DNA of 64,000 nt from the IMG/VR virus record IMGVR_UViG_3300031784_000003. One strand, written 5' to 3'. The position numbers were made by a program, and so were the translations under genes. This stretch comes from a virus (lineage: Duplodnaviria; Caudoviricetes). The first letter of the stretch is position 1. The number at the start of each line of letters is the position of its first letter. Below, in pieces: positions 50,838 to 59,404 of the stretch. The notes under the pieces were generated by a model. That model worked only from the letters and a program-made list of their open reading frames with translations, had not been told where the DNA came from and searched no databases.

Positions 50838-51745
50838 TAAGTTATATTGGTGGCAAGGCTAGGATTTCTAAATGGATAGTACCATTTATATCCGAAGATA
50901 TAGAAACATACGTAGAACCTTTTAGTGGTATGTTTTGGGTATTTTTTAGAATGGATTTAAAAAAATATCCTAATTTGAAGACTGTGGTTTATAACGACTT
51001 CAACGGGTTAAACGCAAATTTATTTTCTTGTTGTAAGGAGTATGATAAATTATGGGATGAAATAATTAAATATCCTTGTCAACAATTAGGGGTGACAGAT
51101 ACACCTCAGATTTATTCAGAAATGTTTAAACAATACCAGAATGAGTTATTCAGCTCGTCTGGTATTGTTATTACGGAAGAAAATAAATATGATATTGCAG
51201 CAAAATATGTGTACGTATTAACTCAAATATTTTCTGGTTCTAAACCTGAGACATCTAATTATATGGATTATAAAGGTAAATACAGATGTAAAGTATTAAT
51301 ATTTTTAGATAAACTTAAAGATAAAAAATATAGAGAACATTTTGATAAAATCACATTTATAGAAAATTTAGATTTTAGTGATGTTATACAGAAATATGAT
51401 TCCGAAAAAACTTATTTTTATGTCGATCCACCGTATTGGAAAACAGAAAATTACTATTCCAATCATGACTTTGATAGAAACGATCACGAAAGATTGGCAA
51501 TCGTATTAAAAAACATTAAAGGTAGATTTTCTTTAAGTTATTATGATTTTCCATTACTTAAAGAATGGTTTCCTAAAACAGAATATGTTTGGGAAATGAA
51601 AGAGTTTGCTAAAGCAGCAGCCGCTAAAAGTGGTGTAAAACAAAATATGGGTGAAGAATTACTCATTATGAATTATGGTGAGAACAAATACGTATTACCA
51701 TCTGAAGGGACTCAGTTAGATTTATTTAATCATACATTTTTATAG
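50834..51745 (+). CDS. Dam-like (D12 class) N6-adenine DNA methyltransferase
   Basis: SYIGGK, YVEPFSG, YNDFN, YVDPPY. Confidence 0.88.
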   Translation: MISYIGGKARISKWIVPFISEDIETYVEPFSGMFWVFFRMDLKKYPNLKTVVYNDFNGLNANLFSCCKEYDKLWDEIIKYPCQQLGVTDTPQIYSEMFKQYQNELFSSSGIVITEENKYDIAAKYVYVLTQIFSGSKPETSNYMDYKGKYRCKVLIFLDKLKDKKYREHFDKITFIENLDFSDVIQKYDSEKTYFYVDPPYWKTENYYSNHDFDRNDHERLAIVLKNIKGRFSLSYYDFPLLKEWFPKTEYVWEMKEFAKAAAAKSGVKQNMGEELLIMNYGENKYVLPSEGTQLDLFNHTFL

Positions 51746-51747
51746 AC

Positions 51748-52638
51748 ATGGGAAGAATACCTAAGAAAAGAAAAATTGAACAATTAGCATTGTTTAGTGC
51801 AGAAACTATGGAGGAAATAACAATATTTAAAGGGGAAGAAACTATAGATGATGTAGTTTTGATAGACGTAGTAGAATCCAAAGAGGTTGGGTTAGTAACC
51901 AATCAAATTTATTGTGGGGATACTGTTGAAACTATGAAAAAAATTAAAGACAAAAGTATTAATTTAATTTTAACTTCTCCACCATATTTGGCATCGATAA
52001 GAAAAGATAATCATAAATATCCAGGTGCTAAAGACCTAATTAAAGATAACCAACCAGTAAAAGAATATATTAGTTGGTTAATAGAAGTGTTTAAACAATA
52101 TGAAAGAATTTTGACAGATGAGGGTGTAATTGTATTTAATTATAGTTATACCACATTTAATCCATCTTTACCGTATATGTTAATTAATGAGGTGTTTGAA
52201 AATACATCATTAGAGATATATGATACGGCATCTTGGAAAAAGAAATCTTGTGTACCTTTAAGTGGGCATCCAAATAGAATGACTAGAATTGTTGAAATGG
52301 TTTATATTTTTGCGAAAACACCTAACTTTAGTGCAAATAAAATAGTATCTTCAGTATCTAAAACTGGACAGAAGTATTTCAATACGTATTATAATTTTAT
52401 TGAGGCAAAAAATAATGATGGTAAAGTGGAAGGACATGAGGCAACATTTTCTACAGAGTTTGCAAATTACTTTATAGATTTATACTCAAAACCGAATGAC
52501 ATTGTATTAGATAACTTTTCTGGTACGGGTACAACACCCTACGCCGCATCCAAAATGGGTAGACAGTATATTGGGATAGATTTAGTCGAAGATTACTGTG
52601 ACTACGCTAAGGAAAGACTTTCTAAACTATATAAATAA
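51748..52638 (+). CDS. N4-cytosine/N6-adenine DNA methyltransferase (beta class)
   Basis: LTSPPY precedes VLDNFSGTGTT. Confidence 0.88.
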   Translation: MGRIPKKRKIEQLALFSAETMEEITIFKGEETIDDVVLIDVVESKEVGLVTNQIYCGDTVETMKKIKDKSINLILTSPPYLASIRKDNHKYPGAKDLIKDNQPVKEYISWLIEVFKQYERILTDEGVIVFNYSYTTFNPSLPYMLINEVFENTSLEIYDTASWKKKSCVPLSGHPNRMTRIVEMVYIFAKTPNFSANKIVSSVSKTGQKYFNTYYNFIEAKNNDGKVEGHEATFSTEFANYFIDLYSKPNDIVLDNFSGTGTTPYAASKMGRQYIGIDLVEDYCDYAKERLSKLYK

Positions 52639-52656
52639 AATAGTAAATAATTTAGG

Positions 52657-53082
52657 ATGGACTGGTTAAAAAAATATTTAAAATATAAATTTAAACGATT
52701 TATAGTAAAATATAAATTATTTGAAGGTCATTTTTTAAAAGAAAATTTTGAGTATACTGGTTATGAAAGAATATGTACCGCAATAGTTCGTAAAACAATA
52801 AATCATACAGATACTAAATATACCATCGCACCACTTTCAAATAAAAGATACCTAATCAACAAAACTTTAGATATTTTTATTATTATGGAAGATAGTAAAG
52901 TAGAGATAACTAATCATGTGTATCATTATGTCATTACTTTACCAAAAAAAGAAATGATTAAATTAATTAATAGATTTGATAAAAAGGTTGATGAGGAAAG
53001 GATCATGTATGAAAATCAAATTAAATCTCAGATAGATTATACCCTACATAAAATTTATGACAAAATAAATTTTTTTAATTGA
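52657..53082 (+). CDS. Hypothetical protein
   Basis: 141-aa ORF. Confidence 0.55.
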   Translation: MDWLKKYLKYKFKRFIVKYKLFEGHFLKENFEYTGYERICTAIVRKTINHTDTKYTIAPLSNKRYLINKTLDIFIIMEDSKVEITNHVYHYVITLPKKEMIKLINRFDKKVDEERIMYENQIKSQIDYTLHKIYDKINFFN

Positions 53083-53117
53083 ATTTTTATTATATATTTG
53101 TACAATAATTTATTTTT

Positions 53118-53516
53118 ATGGAAAAAGTGGAAGAAAAGTTATTAGAGTATTTAAATGATAAACCTAATTACGAAAAATTTAAAATACTACATAATGAGAT
53201 GGGTTACGATTTCGATTTCATTAAAAAATTATACCCAAAAGAACTTAAAACCTTTTCAGATTTAAAATTTGGAAAGCATGGTAATAGTTGGATGGTAGGT
53301 GCGATTCAAGCAATTTTAAATTTCGATAATGGACACTTTGTTTCAGTAGTTGGTGGGGGTAATGGTTTATATGGTGATGGGGTTAAAACCTTTGAAGTAG
53401 GGTTTCCGTTACCTGGTGATAGTATAGATGTTGAGGGTTGGTTGTCACCTGAAGAAGTAACAACGTTAATGATTAACATTCAAATGAAAGAACCATATGG
53501 GACAAACCGAATATAA
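53118..53516 (+). CDS. Hypothetical protein
   Basis: 132-aa ORF after a TATATTTG promoter. Confidence 0.55.
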   Translation: MEKVEEKLLEYLNDKPNYEKFKILHNEMGYDFDFIKKLYPKELKTFSDLKFGKHGNSWMVGAIQAILNFDNGHFVSVVGGGNGLYGDGVKTFEVGFPLPGDSIDVEGWLSPEEVTTLMINIQMKEPYGTNRI

Positions 53517-53937
53517 GAGAAGGTTAGAATTTATTAATGAAGACGTAAAAATATTATACGGATCATTAACAGACGAAGTAATTAATACACCTGTCCCTAA
53601 TTATGAAAGTGTAGGTGTTCTTTTAAGTAATATAGAAATCGCCTCTAATTTAAATGATGATGAATCTTTGGGTTGGAAAACTAAATTTAACATCCCTACT
53701 CATGATCCACAAACAGGTGACATTAACCCTTATTATGAAGAACTAACTGGTAGTAAAAACCCATTGGTTGTCTCTAATATAGATAAGATGCCCAATCAAA
53801 AGTGGCATCAGATAATATCATTTATTAAATCTGGAGTTAGAATAGTTGGTTATTGTTTTATACCATTTAATTTAGTTTTGGCAACAGTTTTATTGGTATT
53901 AAGTGAAGTTATTGGTATCGTAGAAGAATTAGTATAG
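53497..53937 (+). CDS. Hypothetical protein with C-terminal hydrophobic segment
   Basis: 146-aa ORF. Confidence 0.5.
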   Translation: MGQTEYKRRLEFINEDVKILYGSLTDEVINTPVPNYESVGVLLSNIEIASNLNDDESLGWKTKFNIPTHDPQTGDINPYYEELTGSKNPLVVSNIDKMPNQKWHQIISFIKSGVRIVGYCFIPFNLVLATVLLVLSEVIGIVEELV

Positions 53938-53938
53938 T

Positions 53939-54214
53939 ATGGAAGGGAAAAAAATTATTACTATCGTATCAGAAGTGAAAGAAGACGGTAGACTTTATTT
54001 AGATTTTGGAATAGATAAAATAAGTGGTATAACAAAGTTAGAATTATTGTCTATAATGACTAATAGTCTGGTTATGTCAACAAAAATGGTTTGTGAGGAT
54101 TTAGATTATGAATCTCAAGGTAAACTAATAACTGATGTACTTGATTTACTTAAAAATAACTTATTTGATGGTGATTCTTTTAAAGATTTAGATGTAAAAA
54201 TAAAAGAATTGTAA
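53939..54214 (+). CDS. Hypothetical protein
   Basis: 91-aa ORF. Confidence 0.5.
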   Translation: MEGKKIITIVSEVKEDGRLYLDFGIDKISGITKLELLSIMTNSLVMSTKMVCEDLDYESQGKLITDVLDLLKNNLFDGDSFKDLDVKIKEL

Positions 54215-54401
54215 AAAAATATTTGTTTTTAAGTAAATTATATATATATTTGTAGATATAATAATAACACTAATGAGTTTATCTAAAAAAATATACGAAG
54301 AAATCAAGTATGAGGAAGAAAATATTTCTTACGATGAGAGTGGTTGGGTTGATAGAGTATTGTATACTAAAGATAAATTAAAAGAAAGTTCTTTGAAAAA
54401 T

Positions 54402-54802
54402 GGGGATGGTTTTGGATTTGACAATCAAAGGTTGAGTTCGGAATGATGCAAGCAGGGTTAGATGGAAACCCTTAAACACCTATCAAAACATAAATGCAAA
54501 CGCATACAACGTAGAGGATATCATGAGTATCCCAACTTCTATTACTCGCTCAGCGGTAGTTGAAGAGATTGAATTAATGGAATTAGTTTAATCGGTGGGT
54601 CACACTTACCTAGAAACAGAAAGGTGTAAAAAATAGAGTTGATCGTCAATACTCTATAAACAATTGACGAAAACAGGGTTGTTGGATAACCATGTTATAA
54701 ATAAAACCAAATATTTTGTTTATTTAGAAAAATAAACTAAGCTTGTGAATGATTTTCTTATGGCGATTTGATTGGACGAGGGTTCGACTCCCTCCATCTC
54801 CA
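54402..54802 (+). ncRNA. ssrA: tmRNA
   Basis: 5' GGGGATG..GGATTTGAC; 3' T-arm GAGGG-TTCGACT-CCCTC and CATCTCCA with G3:U; resume codon GCA at 54496, tag ORF ends 54591. Confidence 0.92.
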
Positions 54803-54872
54803 CTAGTGTTGTCGGTTTCTTTGTTCCCTAAAAACAAAGTGGTGGAAGTTGATAGTAATCCTATCGGCCCTT

Positions 54873-54903
54873 TAACCCCTCAGAGTGAGGGGTTATTTTT
54901 TTT
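54873..54903 (+). terminator. Intrinsic terminator
   Basis: TAACCCCTCA-gag-TGAGGGGTTA followed by a T tract. Confidence 0.85.
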
Positions 54904-54944
54904 ATAATTTTAATATTTTGGGAAGGTACAAATTTGAAAATAAA

Positions 54945-55439
54945 ATGGATAAGGTATTAGTTTTAAATAATGACTATACTCCATTAAACTTGACTACACT
55001 TAAAAGGGGGTTTAAATTAGTATATAAAGGTAAGGCAGAAATAATTTATTATGATGAGTCAAATCCTATTATATCTAGTTTTAAAAATTTTAATAGACCT
55101 TCTGTAATTAGATTACACAGATTTATTTATACACCTTATAAAAAAGTACCTTTAAGTAGATATAATGTTTTTAGGAGGGATGATCATAAATGTGTATATT
55201 GTGGGACAAATAAAAATTTAACTATTGATCACGTAATACCTAAATCTAGGGGTGGTGATAATACTTGGAAAAATTTAGTTACGTGTTGTGGTGTATGTAA
55301 CCTTAAAAAAGATGATAGAACACCAGAAGAGGCTGGTATGTTGTTATTAAGAAAACCATATACTCCTACATATATTCAGTTTATTGAAAGAATGAATGGT
55401 GTAATTAAAGAAGAGTGGAAACAATTTTTAATGGTATGA
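54945..55439 (+). CDS. HNH endonuclease (McrA-like)
   Basis: VLVLNNDY start at 54945; CVYCG..TIDHVIPKSRGG..W.NLVTCC..CN.KK. Confidence 0.9.
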   Translation: MDKVLVLNNDYTPLNLTTLKRGFKLVYKGKAEIIYYDESNPIISSFKNFNRPSVIRLHRFIYTPYKKVPLSRYNVFRRDDHKCVYCGTNKNLTIDHVIPKSRGGDNTWKNLVTCCGVCNLKKDDRTPEEAGMLLLRKPYTPTYIQFIERMNGVIKEEWKQFLMV

Positions 55440-55606
55440 AAAAATTTTTTAGTTATCATAAACAAAAAGGGTATTTTAGGTTCAGAATATTTGGATATGG
55501 TTTAACAATTTCCGATAGATTTACACTTAATCAAAAAAGAGGGCATGTGAAATACATTTACTTTTATGGATATGTAATTACTTTTTTAAAACCTAATAAA
55601 TTTTAA
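55415..55606 (+). CDS. Hypothetical protein
   Basis: Short ORF. Confidence 0.4.
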   Translation: METIFNGMKKFFSYHKQKGYFRFRIFGYGLTISDRFTLNQKRGHVKYIYFYGYVITFLKPNKF

Positions 55607-55607
55607 T

Positions 55608-56198
55608 ATGATAGAAAGAATAAAATTGTGGTGGGACTTTGATGGTAGATACTACCATAAAGATTTCATTCAAGGAGTAAAAAATCTTTGGAAATGGTTT
55701 CCTACAATATGGAGAGATCGTGATTGGGACACCAACTTTATCTATGAAATAATTAAAGTAAAATTAAATAACCAATCGGATTATATTGGGGGTAAAAATA
55801 GACACACAAGAGCAAAACGTGATGCCGAATTAATGAAATTATGTTCTCGTTTAATCCAACGTTGTCAAGATGACCACTATGATATGGAATATATGGATTA
55901 TCACGAATCAAATTACAATTTTTTAGATATCACCGATGAAGATGATATTCCTGAAAAATACAGAAAAGGTAAAAAATTGGATATTGAATTAGTTAGTGAA
56001 AACTTTGACGACTACTTTAAAAAATACTCGCGTCAATACAAACGTGTAATGTCAGGTGAGGTTAGTAGATTCAGAAGACCAATTGAAGAAAAAGACAAAC
56101 AACTAATCGCAATGGAGATTGCACATGAGAATCAGTATAGATGTCGTAAGTTACTTTTTAAAATAATGGAAAGATATATTGAAGGATGGTGGGATTAG
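55608..56198 (+). CDS. Hypothetical protein
   Basis: 196-aa ORF, WFPTIWRDRDWD..GWWD. Confidence 0.6.
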   Translation: MIERIKLWWDFDGRYYHKDFIQGVKNLWKWFPTIWRDRDWDTNFIYEIIKVKLNNQSDYIGGKNRHTRAKRDAELMKLCSRLIQRCQDDHYDMEYMDYHESNYNFLDITDEDDIPEKYRKGKKLDIELVSENFDDYFKKYSRQYKRVMSGEVSRFRRPIEEKDKQLIAMEIAHENQYRCRKLLFKIMERYIEGWWD

Positions 56199-56581
56199 TT
56201 TATAAAATTAATTTGTTTTTTTAAAAAAAAGTATTTACATTTGTTTTAAATTAGAAAATTATGAAATCAGGTGCAAGTGGTAAAACTACTCATAGTAGAG
56301 TATCAGCAAAAGAACAATTGAGAGAAATAGAATTGAAAAGGGCATTAAAAATTTTGTCCCAATCTATGTTGAATTATATTAAGAATAATCCTAATTAAGA
56401 TGGTAAGGGTTAGATTTCCAAATGAGACTTATTACGATGTTATCCCAAACTTCAATTGGAATGAATTCAAACCTGGTAAAATTAATAGTGAATTCGTTTT
56501 TGGGTGGTATCAAGATGTTTATATATCTGTCGATAGAGAAGATTACGATGAATATGTTACTAAAAAAAATAATTAATTAAT

Positions 56582-56806
56582 ATGAAAAAAATTTTATTAG
56601 ATACCTTAATTATGTTATCAACAGGAATTGTTTCAGGAATTGGTTTTACTGCATTAACTATTGCATTGGATATGGGTATAAATAATTATTTTATATTTAT
56701 TCCTTCTATTATAGTTAGTTGGTTAATACTTTACCCTTCATATAAATTTTGGTCGGATATCTTTAAAAAAATGTTAAATTATGAAAAATATAATCAAAAA
56801 GATTAA
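56582..56806 (+). CDS. Small membrane protein
   Basis: Two hydrophobic helices. Confidence 0.5.
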   Translation: MKKILLDTLIMLSTGIVSGIGFTALTIALDMGINNYFIFIPSIIVSWLILYPSYKFWSDIFKKMLNYEKYNQKD

Positions 56807-56908
56807 AGATCATATTTCATTGTGGTGGAGAAGAAATATTGTGGATTACTGCCCACCAGAATTAGAAGACGAGGAATTTTCAGAAAAATATAGATAAAAA
56901 ATATAATT

Positions 56909-57679
56909 ATGTCGAATTTTATTTATTCTAGAGTTACAATTGAGCCTTTAGGGGCTATGGACAAAATTTGCAACTTAATAATGGGTATGCCTGAATATGA
57001 GTATGGAAAAGAAACTACAACGGTAGTAAAAACATTTTATACAGAAGAAGAAATAAGAAAACCTTATAAAGGAGAAGAAACTGAATACCCAATAACTGAA
57101 GAGGGAGTTAATCACGGTTGGTTGTATGATAATGTAGGGACTAAATGGATTATAGTGAGTATTGATGATGATATTAGAATTGAATCACCATACTATATAC
57201 CTGATGGTTTTCTTATTAAACTATATAGTTTATGTGTTGATGAATTTGAGGGTGTTAGTATAACATGTAAGTGGTATGACGAAACAGAAACTCAGTGTGG
57301 TACTGCATTAATTTGGAATGGTATCTATACAGAAGATGAAGAAAATTTAATCGGTGAAGAAATTTCTGATCCTGTTTATGAAGTTACTGGAGAAGAAAAC
57401 ATTGATGAAGTTAAAAAATGGATTTTAAGTGAAATTTCTGAAAACTCTTATATTAAATCTGAAGAAGTTGAGGAAATGGATGAGGAAAGACTTCGTGAGT
57501 TATTTGAAGATTGGAAAAGACAAGGTAAATGGGATCATATTGTTGAACGTCAGGAATCTATGTATTATTCTTGTGAAGAAGCAATAGAAACAGAGGACTT
57601 CAATTTCCCTATAACAAAAGTTAAAAAGATTGCAAATAGAAAGTATGAAATGATAACAAATTGTTACCCATTTCAATAA
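56909..57679 (+). CDS. Acidic hypothetical protein (possibly DUF1281/YubB-like)
   Basis: WLYDNVGTKW resembles the W..NWGTKW motif. Confidence 0.4.
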   Translation: MSNFIYSRVTIEPLGAMDKICNLIMGMPEYEYGKETTTVVKTFYTEEEIRKPYKGEETEYPITEEGVNHGWLYDNVGTKWIIVSIDDDIRIESPYYIPDGFLIKLYSLCVDEFEGVSITCKWYDETETQCGTALIWNGIYTEDEENLIGEEISDPVYEVTGEENIDEVKKWILSEISENSYIKSEEVEEMDEERLRELFEDWKRQGKWDHIVERQESMYYSCEEAIETEDFNFPITKVKKIANRKYEMITNCYPFQ

Positions 57680-57727
57680 ATAAGAAATAAATGAAAGTAA
57701 AGTTATTAATAAAATATTAGTTAGAGA

Positions 57728-58036
57728 TTGATTATGTTTGAGATTATTGGTATTGTGTCTTTATTTGCGGTAGTATCTTTTTTACTGTTTATACAATATA
57801 GTTTAGTTGGTGCAGGTGTAATGAAAGAAAGTTTAAAGTGGTATGGGAAAGTTATTAGTTGGATCCCATTATTACCTTTTATTATATTTATTTTATTTTT
57901 TTTAAATTTTATGGTTATGATAGTGTTAAATAAATTAGTTAAGTGGTTTGAATTAAATTGGGGATGGTTTTTTATAAATGGTAGAAATCAAGCGGTTTGG
58001 GCAGAATATTTAAGAAAAAAATATGGTGAAGAATAA
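57728..58036 (+). CDS. Membrane protein
   Basis: Two long hydrophobic segments. Confidence 0.5.
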   Translation: MIMFEIIGIVSLFAVVSFLLFIQYSLVGAGVMKESLKWYGKVISWIPLLPFIIFILFFLNFMVMIVLNKLVKWFELNWGWFFINGRNQAVWAEYLRKKYGEE

Positions 58037-58040
58037 AAAA

Positions 58041-58086
58041 TAAAAAAATATTTTTAAAATATTGACTTTTTAGATAAACTTTTGTA
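58041..58086 (+). promoter_or_regulatory. Promoter of tRNA operon 1 (46-bp repeat, copy 1)
   Basis: taaaaaaatatttttaaaatattgactttttagataaacttttgta, identical to 59495..59540. Confidence 0.8.
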
Positions 58087-58117
58087 TAATTGGTTATATT
58101 TAATTAAAACAGTGAAA

Positions 58118-58204
58118 ATGAAAATACATAATATACATATTAATTTTAGCCAATGGTGTCAACCGTATATCGGCGGATTGGGGTATATTATGGATATAAT
58201 TTAA
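58118..58204 (+). CDS. Attenuator leader peptide 1 (MKIHNIHINFSQWCQPYIGGLGYIMDII)
   Basis: 28-codon ORF between promoter and terminator (in-frame GTG also at 58112); codons match operon 1 tRNAs. Confidence 0.75.
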   Translation: MKIHNIHINFSQWCQPYIGGLGYIMDII

Positions 58205-58230
58205 TTGATAGTTAAATAAAATCAAAGTGA

Positions 58231-58265
58231 AACCCCAATTCAGAAATGATTTGGGGTTTTTTAAT
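58231..58265 (+). terminator. Attenuator terminator 1
   Basis: AAACCCCAATTCA-gaaa-TGATTTGGGGTTT plus U tract; competing strand ATTGGGGT at 58177..58184. Confidence 0.85.
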
Positions 58266-58271
58266 TTATTA

Positions 58272-58347
58272 CGGTATGTGGCCAAGTAGGTTTAAGGCAT
58301 CTCGCTGATATCGAGAAGATTCGTAGGTTCGATCCCTACCATACCGA
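58272..58347 (+). tRNA. tRNA-Ile(GAT)
   Basis: Cloverleaf; TCTCG-CTGATAT-CGAGA. Confidence 0.9.
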
Positions 58348-58356
58348 CAGAACAAA

Positions 58357-58370
58357 AGTTCTTTGACATA
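58357..58370 (+). promoter_or_regulatory. boxA-like antitermination element
   Basis: AGTTCTTTGACATA; also at 59742, with variants at about 47372 and 54387. Confidence 0.6.
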
Positions 58371-58387
58371 TTGTTATAAAAGTGAAT

Positions 58388-58460
58388 GACTCAGTAGCTC
58401 AGTTGGTAGAGCAATTGACTGTTAATCAATCGGTCGCAGGTTCGAATCCTGCCTGAGTCG
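58388..58460 (+). tRNA. tRNA-Asn(GTT)
   Basis: Cloverleaf; loop CTGTTAA. Confidence 0.95.
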
Positions 58461-58461
58461 C

Positions 58462-58523
58462 AAACTAACACAGAATGAATGATACGAGCCTCACAAGTTC
58501 GAAAGGAGTCAGGGTGTTAGTTT
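58462..58523 (+). ncRNA. Small structured element with anticodon-like stem-loop (CAC)
   Basis: 10-bp stem AAACTAACAC/GTGTTAGTTT enclosing CGAGC-CTCACAA-GTTCG. Confidence 0.4.
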
Positions 58524-58527
58524 AAAT

Positions 58528-58611
58528 GGGAATACGCCAAAGTTGGAGAGTTGGGGCAGACTGTAAATCTGTTGTCTTATGATTGAGTAGGTTCGAATCC
58601 TACTATTCTCA
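58528..58611 (+). tRNA. tRNA-Tyr(GTA)
   Basis: Cloverleaf with long variable arm; loop CTGTAAA. Confidence 0.92.
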
Positions 58612-58612
58612 C

Positions 58613-58693
58613 AAAATATTAAAAGGAAGATTTCAGCAAAAATAACTACGAACTGCAAATTTGGATATGTAAAAACATTTTCCTGAATATTTT
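58613..58693 (+). ncRNA. Minimal Y-RNA-like element with Cys anticodon-loop mimic
   Basis: AAAATATT/AATATTTT and AGGAAGAT/ATTTTCCT stems, TTCAGCAA motif, CGAA-CTGCAAA-TTTG hairpin. Confidence 0.5.
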
Positions 58694-58697
58694 ATTA

Positions 58698-58768
58698 GCG
58701 TCTCTGGTGTAACGGTAGCACCAACGGCTCCAACCCGTTAAGTAAGAGTTCGAATCTTTTGGGGCGCG
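58698..58768 (+). tRNA. tRNA-Trp(CCA)
   Basis: AACGG-CTCCAAC-CCGTT. Confidence 0.9.
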
Positions 58769-58773
58769 CAAAT

Positions 58774-58849
58774 GGTGATGTAGCTCAGTTGGTAGAGCAA
58801 TGGACTGAAAATCCTTGTGTCGGTGGTTCGATTCCGTCCATCACCACCA
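58774..58849 (+). tRNA. tRNA-Phe(GAA)
   Basis: Cloverleaf with encoded CCA. Confidence 0.95.
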
Positions 58850-58857
58850 AATTTTAA

Positions 58858-58932
58858 CTGGGTATTGGCTAATTGGTAAGCCGCCACATTTGGGATGTGG
58901 ACATAGTGTGAGTTCGAGTCTCGCTACCCAGA
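58858..58932 (+). tRNA. tRNA-Pro(TGG)
   Basis: CCACA-TTTGGGA-TGTGG. Confidence 0.92.
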
Positions 58933-58939
58933 CTAATAT

Positions 58940-59013
58940 TGTCCTGTAGACGAATTGGCAAAGTCATCACGCTTTGAACGTGAAGTTTGGAAGTTCGAGC
59001 CTTCCCAGGACAA
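58940..59013 (+). tRNA. tRNA-Gln(TTG)
   Basis: TCACG-CTTTGAA-CGTGA. Confidence 0.9.
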
Positions 59014-59015
59014 CT

Positions 59016-59089
59016 GTGTATGAAGCTAAAGAGGTCGAGGCGTCGGGTTGTGATTCCGATAATAGTGGGTTCGAGTCCCATCGTACACC
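59016..59089 (+). tRNA. tRNA-His(GTG)
   Basis: TCGGG-TTGTGAT-TCCGA; C73 discriminator. Confidence 0.9.
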
Positions 59090-59093
59090 TAAT

Positions 59094-59180
59094 GGAAAGA
59101 TGACAGAGTGGTTTATTGTGGCACCCTGCTAAGGTGTTGTACTCGAAAGGGTACCATAGGTTCAAATCCTATTCTTTCCG
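59094..59180 (+). tRNA. tRNA-Ser(GCT)
   Basis: GCACC-CTGCTAA-GGTGT; long variable arm. Confidence 0.92.
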
Positions 59181-59186
59181 CAATAT

Positions 59187-59258
59187 GGGGATGTGATGTA
59201 ACGGTGAACATGCTACTCTTATACAGTAGTCTCGGTGGTTCGACTCCACCCATCCCTA
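59187..59258 (+). tRNA. tRNA-Ile(TAT)
   Basis: CTACT-CTTATAC-AGTAG; GGGGATG/CATCCCT acceptor stem. Confidence 0.85.
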
Positions 59259-59262
59259 CAAC

Positions 59263-59335
59263 ACACTCTTAGTTCAATGGATTAGAACCTATGACTACGG
59301 ATCATAAAATGGGAGTTCGAATCTCTCAGAGTGTA
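59263..59335 (+). tRNA. tRNA-Arg(ACG)
   Basis: TATGA-CTACGGA-TCATA. Confidence 0.9.
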
Positions 59336-59404
59336 CAATAAACTTATTTTTGCTACAATAAACAGATAAAGTTTATCATGCAAAATCTAGTTTAGTGAAC
59401 TAAT

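Noticed and set aside
54272-54446. Short ORF running into the tmRNA
   Set aside because: It overlaps the tmRNA 5' end and the boxA-like motif, has no associated terminator, and has no recognisable function.
58472-58512. Hammerhead ribozyme (TGA..GA..GAAA-like words)
   Set aside because: The CUGANGA core and cleavage-site helices cannot be assembled.
58869-59165. Minus-strand 98-aa ORF (also 60088..60372 and 58100..58285)
   Set aside because: These are antisense shadows of tRNA genes and the attenuator.
59348-59385. Hairpin between the Arg and Cys tRNAs as another anticodon mimic
   Set aside because: The stem is AT-only and the loop lacks the YU-NNN-R geometry.
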